The notes under the pieces: model-generated
Seen by the model: the letters and a program-made list of their open reading frames with translations, nothing else
The model's database searches: none
Told to the model about the DNA's origin: nothing
DNA from: Azolla caroliniana
Lineage: Eukaryota; Plantae; Polypodiophyta
Length of the DNA: 64,000 bases
Assembly: GCA_043228905.1 (NCBI GenBank)
Contig: JBHGNT010000016.1
Coordinates: 11,160,001-11,224,000 of the forward strand
Direction: 5' to 3'
Translations under genes and position numbers: made by a program
Part shown: positions 50,115-60,906 of the stretch, one piece after another
Position numbering within the stretch: position 1 is the first letter of the stretch
Layout: each line of letters begins with the position of its first letter

Positions 50115-53036
50115 ATCTCTGTATTGTTTTACCGTCTGTGCTTAATTGTAATCATCTTACGCGTGTAACCTAGGATCCAATCCTTACCACCCCTTTGGAG
50201 AAGTGTCGGATAGACACCTGTGTTGAGGCTAGTCCGGCCAGGCAGACAACACTATTTTGGTGACCACGATTCCTGCAAAGTGCAGAGGACAACCGGGGGA
50301 TGGATGTCTAGACCAAACGACGACCACATCACCGAACGAGGGAGACGATACACCGAATGAGAGCAACGACGGGAAGCCCTGCAGCAAGCCGTCGACGAGA
50401 TCCGGCGAGATCGGTCATTCTCCAGAACTCTTCGGAGAGTCGCAGAAGAAGCACTGCAGTTCCGGGTTCTGCAAGTCCCCGACGAAGGCAGTAGCATAAC
50501 AAGCCTGCCAGAGGCGGAAACGATACTACAGGGGGCGATGGGGACTCGGAAGCATTCGCAACACTTGAGGCGGAGTCGGAAAGCGACGGAAGCGTTGCGT
50601 CCCGGTATAAAAGCAGCCACGACACACCAAACGACCCGGGGGAAGAGGGGTCAGAAGACTCAGTAACACCGGAGCCAGAGGAAGAAATAACCTTGGAGTT
50701 CGGTGACCGGCAATCGCCGAGGGAGGCTGACGGGATACTGACTACACCCGCGAAGGAACCGAAGGAGCGGATACCGACAACACCCGCGGAGGAACCAAAG
50801 GACCGGACACCGGCAACACCCGCGGAGGAACTGAAGGAGCGGATACCGGCACCAACCGCGGAGGAACCAAAGGTTCTCACACCGACGCCAACAACGGACA
50901 GAGAGCGGAGAAAGCAGGAGAGTCAGTTGGACGACACGATGCCGTACCCATACCTAAAGTACCGGGATGAGCCCGACGCGGAGGCACACGTGTACGCATT
51001 ACTCCAAACATGGGAAGCCAACCATGTCTCCCAAAGACTGACGGAGCCCGAAGCCGAACGATCCAAAGTCGCCGAATTCGGCATGATCTTAGAAGGACCG
51101 GCGGCCCGATGGCACGCAAAGCACTTACCGGGCAGCTTTGCCACATTCGATGCCTTGAAGGCCAAATTCCTCAGGCTTTTTCACAGACAAGTTGAGCAAA
51201 GGGAATTGGTCGGGCAGTTCTACACCACCCGGCAGGAAGAGAACGAGATTGTGCCACAATTCATCATTCGGTTTCAAACCCTGCACAGCCAACTGACGAG
51301 AGCACCACCCGAAGACGAAGCCAAAGCAGTCTTTTTGGCCGCGCTGAAAGAGCCACTTCGAACAATGTGCGGAGTCCTTGATTTCCACACCAGCACAATG
51401 GACCAAGTTATTGATCGGGTCTTAGAAATGGACAAGACTAGCTCCTTCTTGTCGATGGGGATGTTACACCGGGCACTCCCGAAGGAGGAAGACCTGAGGT
51501 TCCGACAGGCCTTACAAAGCACAACATGCCTAAATTCGGGCCACTCAACAGTAGACTGCACCCTGCGGACACAATGTATGATCTGCAACTCTCGAGCCCA
51601 TACAACGGACCGATGCGAATATAACCTGTTAAATCGGCAGGCAGCACCGGTTCGACACATAGAACCGCGCAATCAGAACCCGGATGAGGATCGATTCCGG
51701 AGAGACGACCGCTACCAACGCGAACGCGGTAACAGATACGTTGATAGAAGACGCGATAACTATGACCGAGAGGAGAAATGCAGAGATAGCTACCCCTGGG
51801 ACCGGTACGACCGAGATGAATCCCCGGAATACGAACGACGCAGAGAAGAGAGGTGACAAGGGAACCGAAATTTCCGACGGAATTAGAAGTGTGGATTTTT
51901 CCGAAGAGAGGAACGTCGGGAGGCAGCAAGGAATGACAACCCGGTATCGGTACCGGATAACCGAAAAACCGAAGACGACCGCCGAAGCATACCCACCCTT
52001 CAAACCGGGGACAAAGGAGAAACGAGCAACAGTCACAAGGTGTACTGTTATTATTGCCGTAAGGAAGGCCATTATAGTAACCAATGCCCAAGCAAAACCA
52101 ATGACAAGTAGCCGGCAGTCAACATGGTTATAGCCGAAATAACAGAAGTACAGCAGGTCACAACCCGGTCAAAGGGAAAGACCGCCGAGTGGGAAGCCCA
52201 GGAGGCAATCAGAAAACAAGCGGCGCAATGGATCAAGGAGGCCAATGAACAGAATGCGGCAGAAGTAAGAGACCAAAATATGCCAAAAGACGAAGAAATC
52301 ATACAGCCAGGAGAAAACCCGACGTGGCAAGCGCTACAGGACTGGCAAATTATGCTGCCGTTAGCACGGCTACTACAGTTGGTGCCACGATTTACGGCAG
52401 ACTTACAGGCATCCGTGAGCAAACCGAAGCCGACGCCAGCACCGGCATTCTTCTCCAACCCGGAGGAAGGACTAGCGGTGGTCGATACAAGTAGCCCGGC
52501 GATCACGGCAATCGTGAAAGGAAAGGAAATTGCTGGAACGATTATTGACGGAGGCTCCGGGGTAAATGTCATCAGCCGACAAACATGCTCTTCGACACAG
52601 GAAGCACAAAGCCAGAATGGCTGAGATGGCTTTCGGAGCAGTTATCGGGAGTTGGTCGCGCTCCGAACACAGATCAAGGAATTCCAAGGGGAGCTGTTGC
52701 AGGCAAGGGAAGGAATTCAACAAGCACAAGTTGTCACCGAGCCGGTCGGGACAACAAGGAAGCAACCAGAACCGGAACCGGTAGCCTTGCAAACCGGCCC
52801 TGAGACCGAAAAAATAATAGAAACCTTACGAGAGGAGTTAAAAGCTCAGGAGGCATTAAGGGAAAAAGAAAGGGAGCAGCAGAAAGCGGTGGAGGACGAC
52901 AGACGGAAAATGGAAGAAGGCCTCCGGAAAGGCCGAGCCACTAATGACCGACTGCAAGAAGAAAAAGAGAAGCTGCAAAAGGAGAAGGACCGACTGCGTC
53001 GACATGCCGAGCAGGAGATAGAACGACTGCAGGAAG
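50115..53036 (+). other. Captured inverted copy of 25549-28470 (Gypsy-E part-LTR, PBS, gag, PR, coiled coil)
   Basis: Mirror coordinates sum to 78585 and the ORFs are near-identical. The segment begins with ATCTC, the Copia-F TSD. Confidence 0.97.
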
Positions 53037-53425
53037 CTGTTTCGTGGCAGTCGAGGCTGCAGAAGACGGTTGCGTTGTCAACCACGGAGGCGGAGTACAT
53101 GGCGGCTGTTGAAGCCGGCAAGGAAATAATATGGATGAAGGACTTCATTAGAGAGCTCGGTATCCGGCAGGAGGAGTACCGACTCTACTGCGACAGTCAG
53201 AGTGCCATCCACCTTGCGAAGAACGCGGCCTATCACTCCCGGACGAAGCACATCCAGCGTAGATACCACTGGATCCGGGAAAGGATAGAAGACAAGGAGT
53301 TCGTGCTGACGAAGATCCACACGGACGAGAACGGGTCGGATATGCTGACCAAGGTACTTACACCCGACAAGCTGGAAGCATGCCGGAAGAGGATCGGATT
53401 GGAGAGACATCCCATGCCGAAGTGA
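52652..53425 (+). CDS. Chimeric ORF: gypsy coiled coil fused in frame to copia RNase H C-terminus (non-ATG start; expression unknown)
   Basis: ..EQEIERLQE|AVSWQSRLQKTVALSTTEAEY.. Confidence 0.45.
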   Translation: MVALRTQIKEFQGELLQAREGIQQAQVVTEPVGTTRKQPEPEPVALQTGPETEKIIETLREELKAQEALREKEREQQKAVEDDRRKMEEGLRKGRATNDRLQEEKEKLQKEKDRLRRHAEQEIERLQEAVSWQSRLQKTVALSTTEAEYMAAVEAGKEIIWMKDFIRELGIRQEEYRLYCDSQSAIHLAKNAAYHSRTKHIQRRYHWIRERIEDKEFVLTKIHTDENGSDMLTKVLTPDKLEACRKRIGLERHPMPK

Positions 53426-53842
53426 AGGGGGAGTTTGTTGGGATTTTCGGTCCCTCCGGATGGGATGTCCGGAGATGAATGACGGCAAGCCCGGTTGCGG
53501 TTACGGAACCGGAGGATGAAGAGTACCCGGCATGAAGCCGGATGAAGAGTACCCGGCTACGGAGCCGGATGATGAAGAGTACCCGGCTACGGAGCCGGAT
53601 GATGAAGACCCGGCTACGGAGCCGGATGATGAAGACCCCGGCTACGGAGCCGGATGATGAATGTACCCGGAGAGAGATCCGGATGTGGGGACATATTTGT
53701 GAATATGTTTGCCAAGGGCCCTTGAGGCTATATTTGTAAATAGCCCGAAAGTCATATGTGTATAAATATGACTTAGGGCAAATAGTTTTATGTGTTGTTG
53801 CTTATTTTTCTGTTTTCCACTTAGAGAGAGTGAAGAGAGCAG

Positions 53843-53887
<45 letters not shown>

Positions 53888-54155
53888 GAGGAGGTCGTTG
53901 CCTCTGTGTATTACCGCCGCCTGTGGCGAAGACAGTGAGCTCAAGGTTGTTGCCTTGAAGCTTCACCATTGTACATCTCTGTTCATAGTGATAGTTGGAG
54001 TTTGAGGACTCCCGTGGTTTTTCCCATTTAGGGTTTTCCACGTAAAATATCCTGTGTACTCTTCTCTCTATTGTCTTCGTGTACTTTGTATTTCCTATTT
54101 TCTGTGAGTTGATCCTATTCCTCGGTTGTGGCCGAGCACCGTGTGTAACAGAGAG

Positions 54156-56182
54156 GAAAGTTAGATCCAAAGACCCGGCCATGCATATTCCTCGGGTACG
54201 GTGACGATGAGTTCGGCTACCGAGTGTGGGACCCGGTCGACAAGAAGGTATTCCGGAGTTGAGATATTATCTTCATGGAGGACAAGACGCTTGCCGACTG
54301 GGAGTCGGAGAAGAAGATAATGAACTCTGAGTCGACCGGTAAGGATAGACTCTACGATGAGCAGACCCAACCGGCAAGAGACCGGTTAGCACTCGAGGAA
54401 CCAGCCGGTTACGGTGAGGATACCGAACCGGCAGAAGAAGAAGTAGAGGAAGTTGAGACTGGAACCGGCCAAGACCCCGAATCGGATTCGGATGAAGAGC
54501 AAACGGAGGAGCCGGTTACCGAAGCCCGAAGACGTAGATATCCTCTCAGAGAGAGAAGAGCCCCCCGGAGATTTCCGGATGCAGAGCATGTGCTGCTGAC
54601 CGATGAGGGAGAGCCGGAAAGCTTCGAAGAAGCGAAGGAGGACACCCACAGCTGAAAATGGTTAAGTGCCATGCAGGATGAGATGGATTCCCTGCATGAG
54701 AACCATACGTACGAATTGGTTGAGTTGCCGAAAGGAAAGCGGGCACTCCGAAATAAGTGGGTGTACAAGTTGAAACCGGGAGATGCCGGCAACCCCCCGA
54801 GATACAAAGCCAGGATCATGGTGAAGGGGTTCTAGCAGAAGAAGGGCGTGGACTTCGATGAGATATTTGCCCCGGTAGTAAAGATGACCTCCATCCGGAC
54901 GGGGCTGAGTATAGCGGCAAGCATGGACCTCGAGGAAGAGCAGTTGGACGTGAAGACGACATTCCTTCATGGCGACCTCGAAGAGGAGCTCTACATGCAG
55001 CAACCGGAAGGATTCGTGGAGAAAGGGAAGGAGCACCTGGTATGCCGGCTAAAGAAGAGCCTGTACGGACTGAAGCAGGCTCCTCGGCAATGGTATCGGA
55101 AGTTCGACTCCTTCATGACCAATCAAGGGTACCACAAGACGCAGGCCGATCAGTGCGTGTTTGTGAAGAAGTTCGAAGGAGGGGACTTCCTGATACTCCT
55201 CCTATACGTGGATGACATGTTGATTGTCGGACAAGACCAAGTAAAAATACGGATGCTGAAGAAGGCTCTCAACCAGACCTTCTCAATGAAAGACTTGGGT
55301 CTGGCAAGACAGATGTTGGGGATGCACATCATTCGGGACCGGTCAAAGAAGCAATTATGCCTGTCACAGGAGAAGTACGTGACAAAGGTGCTTCACTAGT
55401 TCAACATGTCAGAGGCGAAACCGGTCGGATCGACTCTTCCGGCAAACTGCAGGCTATCCGGTAAGCAAAGCCCTAAGACGAAAGCAGAGAAAGCGGATAT
55501 GATGAAGATTCCATATGCCTCTGCCGTCGGGAGCTTGATGTATGCAATGGTTTGTACCCGACCGGACATAGGATACGCAGTCGGAGTGGTGAGCCGGTTT
55601 ATGAGCAATCCCGGTAAGGAGCACTGGAACGCGGTCAAATGGATACTCCGGTATTTGAAGGGCACTTCAAATATGTGTCTCCGATTCGGCTCCGGAAAAC
55701 CTGAACTGGACAGATACACCGATTCGGACATGTCGGCTGATGTGGATACCAGCCGGTCTACATCCGGGTATGTAATGACATATGCAGGGGGAGCTGTTTC
55801 GTGGCAGTCGAGGCTGCAGAAGACGGTTGCATTGTCAACCACAGAGGCGGAGTACATGGAGGCTGTGGAAGCCAACAAGGAAATATTATGGATGAAGGAC
55901 TTCATCGGAGAGCTCGGTATCTGGCAAGAGGAATACCGACTCTATTGCGACAGTCAAAGTGCCATCCACCTTACGAAGAATGCGGCCTACCATTCCCGGA
56001 CGAAGCATATCCAGCGGAGGTATCACTGGATCCGGGAAAGAGTAGATGACCAGGACTTCGCACTGACGAAGATCCACACAACCGAGAACGGGTCAGATAT
56101 GCTGACCAAAGTGCTGACACCCGACAAGCTGGACGCATGCCGGAAGAGGATCGGACTGGTAAGACACCCCATGCCGGAGTGA
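54156..56182 (+). pseudogene. Copia-I INT C-terminus, RT and RNase H (several stops)
   Basis: Resumes RGKLDPKTRPC after the TSD; YVDDML. Confidence 0.93.
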
Positions 56183-59100
56183 AGGGGGAGTTTGTTGGGA
56201 GTGAAGGTCCCTCCGGATGGGAAGGGAGAAGAACAGAGCCGGATGGTGCAGACCCGGTACAGAACCGAATGAGGAGTACCCGGCTACGGAGAGCCGGATG
56301 GTGCAGGCCCGGTATGAACCGGATGAGGAGTACTCGGCTACGGAGAGCCGGATGGTGCAGGCCCTGTATGAACCGGATGAGGAGTACCCGGCTACGGAGA
56401 GCCGGATGATACAGACCCGGTGAAGACCGGATGAGGAATACCCGGCTACGGAGAGCCGGATGGTACAGACCCGGTGAGAACTGGAGGAAGAGACATATTC
56501 GTAAATATGTTTCTGAGAGCCCATCGAGGCTACATTTGTAAATAGCCGAAAAGTCATATTAGTATAAATATGACTTAGGGCAAACTTTTAGAAGTTAGTG
56601 TTGTCATTTTCTTGTTGGTGCAAGAATAGAGAGAGCACGTAACTGTACAGAGAGAGAGAGAGAGAGAGGTTGTTGCGAGAGAGAAAGAGGTCGTTGCCTC
56701 TGTTGTAACTGCCGCCTGTGGCGAAGATCCGTGAGCACGAGGTCGGTGCCTCAGTGAACTCATTGTTGTACATACTTACATAGTGACAGTTTGCAGCCTG
56801 TGGACTGCCGTGGTTTTTTCCCCTAGTTTGGGGTTTTCCACGTAAACATCCTGTGTACCATTTCTCTTCTTTGTGTCGCGTTTTATTTCTCGTTTTCTGT
56901 GTATGAAAAGAATCTCGGTTGTGGCCGAGCGTTGGACATAAGGAGCCTTGAATTCCCGTCACGAGAACCTATGCCTATACCTGTATTTTTTAGATAACCC
57001 ATGTATACGCCCATTACGGGGGAGTGTCGAATACAAATGTATAATGGACGTATTCACACTATCCTCTTAGAGAGCCCAAGTTCGGGCTATTTCTGTAAAT
57101 AACATAAAGGGCAGTTGCCCTAAGTGAGATACTATATAAAGTGACTTTGTAACCTTTTGTAAAGGTTGGTTGTTCATGGTTGTAATTGTTGCCCTTTTAT
57201 GAATATAGATATATTCTTTGTGCCTCTCTCTCTCTCTGTGTGTGCGTATATTGTTCTTGTTTTTCTCATACGCAGGTATTTCTTCCTCACAGATTCATAC
57301 TGTGTGACCTCTTCTGCACTGACGGCCTTGTTCATCCCCAAAAAAGGGTACTGAGGGTGGTATGTTTATCACATAGGTCGTCGTTGCCAGCGCCTCAGCC
57401 CAAAACGTCTTGGGTAACTTGGCATGTGCGATCATGCTCCGGACTCTCTCCATTATGGTCCGGTTCATCCTCTCGGCCAGCCCATTTAGTTCTAGTGTCT
57501 TCGGTACGGTGAATTCAAGCCGGATTCCCTTCGACCGGTAGTACTCCTCAAACTGCCTCCGGTATTCTCCTCCGTTATCTACTCGAACCGCCTTCAGCCT
57601 CCAACCGGTTTCTCTCTCCACTCTCGCGTGGAGCTCCTTGAAGATTGATAGCACCTGATCCTTTGTCTTCAATGATGAGACCCACAACTTACAGTTGTGG
57701 TCATCTATGAACGTCACGAAGTACTGTGATTCGGCATGTGACTTCGTGTCAACTTGACACACCGGTATATACCAGCTCCAGTGGTGCATTCCGTCTCATC
57801 GGTGGCCTTGACCGGAAGGAGGTTCGGTTTTGTTGGCCAGCCAAGCCATCAGTGCACTTCTCAAGTTGCACGTCATTCACCGGAATGAAGTTGTCTCTGG
57901 CAAGCCTCTTCATCCCCTTCTCACTCATGTGACACAGTCTTTTGTGCCACAGCTCATTGGCAGCGTTGGAAGAAACGTTCACTTCTTCGTCCTGGCATAA
58001 CCGGGCATTCATCAGGTACAATGTGTTGACTTTCCGGGCCCGAGCCACTATTAGGTGCCCCTTGCTAAACTTCATCACTCCATTCCGAATGCTACCCATG
58101 TAGCCTTCATCATCTAGCCGATCGGCTGATAGTAGGTTCAGTCAAACCTCCGGAACGTGTCGGACATCCTTCAGCAGCAACTTGCATCCGGTTGGTGTCG
58201 TCAACCACACATCTCCTATGCCGACAATTCGGCATGTACCTTCATTCCCCATCTGGACACAGCCCTGCTCACTAGTTGTGTAGGATGAGAAGTATTTCTG
58301 GTCCGGGGTAAGGTGTAACGACACTCCGGAATCGACAACCCACGTTGTCTCGTTGCCGACAAGGTTCAACTCACACTCCTCGTTGATGAGCATTAGTTCC
58401 TCTTCACTTTCCGCGATCGCCGTCATTCCCTTCCGGTTCGGGCCTCGCCGATCCGAACCGTTTCCGTTCGGTGACTTCTTCGAATCAGTACTATCGGTTC
58501 CCTTGTCTTTCCGGAAATGCCAACAGTTCTTCCGGAAGTGCCCCGGCTTGCCGCAATAGAAGCAAGTGGGCCTCCCCCTTGACTTTGACCGTGTCCCCGA
58601 CTTTTCCCGATTCTAGGGACTCCGATTCCTTTGTCTTCCGCGTTCTGATTCGGTAAGGAGGGCTTTGGTGTCGAAGATCACCTCCTTGTCTTTTCGACGC
58701 AGCTCCTCATTTAGCAAGCTCAACATGACTCTTGCTAGGGATAGTTGTTTTCCTACCGGCCTGGCGTTGCCCAACGTGACAACTAACGTCTCCTAGCTAT
58801 CTGGGAGGGAACCGAGCAAGAGCAATACGAGTACCTCATTGGTGAGAGGTAGTTCCAACGAGGTTGCTTGATGTATTAACCCCTGGAAGGCATTCATGTG
58901 CTCCGCCATACTAGAGTTGTCTTGGTACCGGAGCCTCACTAGCTTCCGGAATACCGAAACCCGATTAACAACATTATTGTTCTGGAACATGATGCCGATC
59001 TTCTCCCAAAGTTCATGAGCCTTGCTCTCTTCATTGAAGTTGTTGTACAGGCTCATGTTGATGAAGCATTGGATGTATGTCGTCATCTTCATGTGCATCA

Positions 59101-60906
59101 CCTCCCACACTGTGGCGTCGATCTTGTCTAGTCTCTTGTCCCCGAACTAGACTGGCAACCAAAGTTCTTTGACCATGAGCATGTCCCTCATCTTCGACTT
59201 CCACACTGAGTAGTTGGAGCCGGTGAGCTTGAACATGCCACTAAACGATTCTTCCATTTCCTGTGTTGTTCACTTTGATACCAGTTTGTGAGGAATAGCG
59301 CGGAATACTGCTCGGCCACAACCAAGTCTTGAATCACTTTGATAAGAGTGCAACACGGGAATGGGAATAGACATACACACAAAAAGAGTACATAGGATGT
59401 TCATGTGGAAAACCCTAAATGGGAAAAACCACGGGAGCCCACAAACTCCGAACTATCACTATGAAGAGAAGGGGTACAAACAGAGACTCGTAGGCAATGA
59501 CCTCGAGCTCGGTTTCTTCGCCAAGCGGCGGTTACAACAGAGTATCGCTCTGTATCACTCTCCCTCTGTCGCTCTCTCTATGCTACAGTTACAACAACAA
59601 TAACAACACATATAAAGTGATTGCCCTAAGTAATATTTATACTTATATGAACTTAGGGCTATTTACAAATATAGCCTCAATGGGCTTACTCAAAAACATA
59701 TTTACATATATGTCTTCTACATTCGGTTCTCATCGGGTCTTCTACATCCGGTTCTCACCGGGTCTTCTACATCCGGTTCTCACCGGGTCTTCTATGTCCG
59801 GTTCTCAAGATCCCATCTAGAGTGACCGAAATCCCAACAGGACAAAAGGACCAAACGGTCACCCCATGCACTTAAGTGTATATTTCTCCGCTACGGCACA
59901 GACGGGGACTTCAGTTATCGCATATGGGATCCAAAGAACCGGAAATTGATCTGGAGCAGCGACGTGGTCTTCAATGAAGACTCAATACTCTCCAACCTGA
60001 CCCTGCCTAAGAAAATCTACAAAAAGGTCTGATTTGACCTTGATAGATTAATCATAGAAGGGCCGACTGACCGGGACAAATAAAAAATTCAACATCTTGT
60101 CGAATTTGACCAAGCCTACAACCCCCTTGTCGAATCCAAATCAACAAATGGTCCAACAGTCAACTTCAATTCGACCAAAAGATTAACAAGAGCCAAATAA
60201 GCAAAGATAGCCGAAAGGACAGAAGAGCAAAAATTGGAAAGAGCCGATAAATCCAAAGGCTGAGCCAAATTGGTCAGAGCATCAATCCCTCTGTCAATCA
60301 ATCCCGCAAAAGGGGGGGTGACTCGACATCGCCAAAATTTTATTGCAGGGGCGAGCCATCCCTAAGGACTCCTAAAGAAGATTCAATTAATGCCAATTGG
60401 ACACCTGAACCAATCAAATAATCTGAACCAACAAAAATGGCACCTAGGAGATTCACACGAGTCTGAAGGCCGACAAAGTTCTATCATTGGGCCTCGACTA
60501 CGTCAACTACACGGATGCAGGCGAACCAAGCTCCTACAAGGAAGCTACAACCGCACTAGATGCTGACACATGGCGACAAGACATGCAATCCGAGATGGAC
60601 TAGATTAAAGAGAATAACACATGGGAGCTAGTCATGTTACTAGTTGGAAGGAAGTCGTTGCCCTACAAATGGGTCTTGAGATACAAATATGTTTCTGATT
60701 CGAAGAAACCCAATATAAAGCTAGGCTCGTCGCCAAAGGTTCAAATAGCAACATGGGGATGAGTATGATGAGATCTTCTCGCCATTAGTCAAAATGTCCA
60801 CTCTTCGGCTCCTTTTGGGGTATGGTGACGGAAGACCTAGAGCTTGAACAACTTGACGTCAAGACAGCCTTTCTGCATGGAGATCTCAAAGAATACATTT
60901 ATATGT

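Larger units (their letters stand above)
44565..54150 (+). mobile_element. Copia-J: 9.6-kb chimeric three-LTR copia carrying a captured flank
   Basis: TSD GAGAG (44560-64 / 54151-55), outer LTRs 44565-45289 and 53436-54150, internal LTR 49405-50114, PBS 45293-45304. Confidence 0.95.
41766..56961 (+). mobile_element. Copia-I, hosting Copia-J
   Basis: LTRs 41766-42512 and 56193-56961, TSD CGAGC/CGAGA, PBS 42515-42526, PPT 56181-56190. Confidence 0.95.
36628..57343 (+). mobile_element. Copia-H: second copia family, hosting Copia-I in its 3' UTR
   Basis: TSD AAGGG (36623-27 / 57344-48), LTRs 36628-36948 and 57025-57343, PBS 36951-36962, PPT 57016-57024. Confidence 0.95.
22814..59839 (-). mobile_element. 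Copia-D: Tnt1/Tork-like host of E, G and H (own coding pieces 23359-23823, 34255-34752, 35449-36627, 57349-59257)
   Basis: LTRs 22814-23348 and 59287-59839, TSD GGACG/GGACA, PPT 23351-23360, degenerate PBS 59272-59283. The coding pieces are collinear. Confidence 0.92.
15556..60906 (+). mobile_element. Copia-C: old degenerate copia hosting N, D and K (own sequence 15556-16038, 21669-22813, 59845-60906)
   Basis: LTR 15556-15828, Met PBS 15831-15842, gag ATG at 15942. The reading FGCEAYAFIPTD|KRTKRSPHALKCIFLRYG is rejoined across 22813/59845. Confidence 0.85.

Noticed and set aside
45321-53036. Simple assembly duplication or segmental inversion as the origin of Copia-J
   Set aside because: The arms carry private SNPs, indels and stops, and J has its own TSD and distinct outer LTRs.
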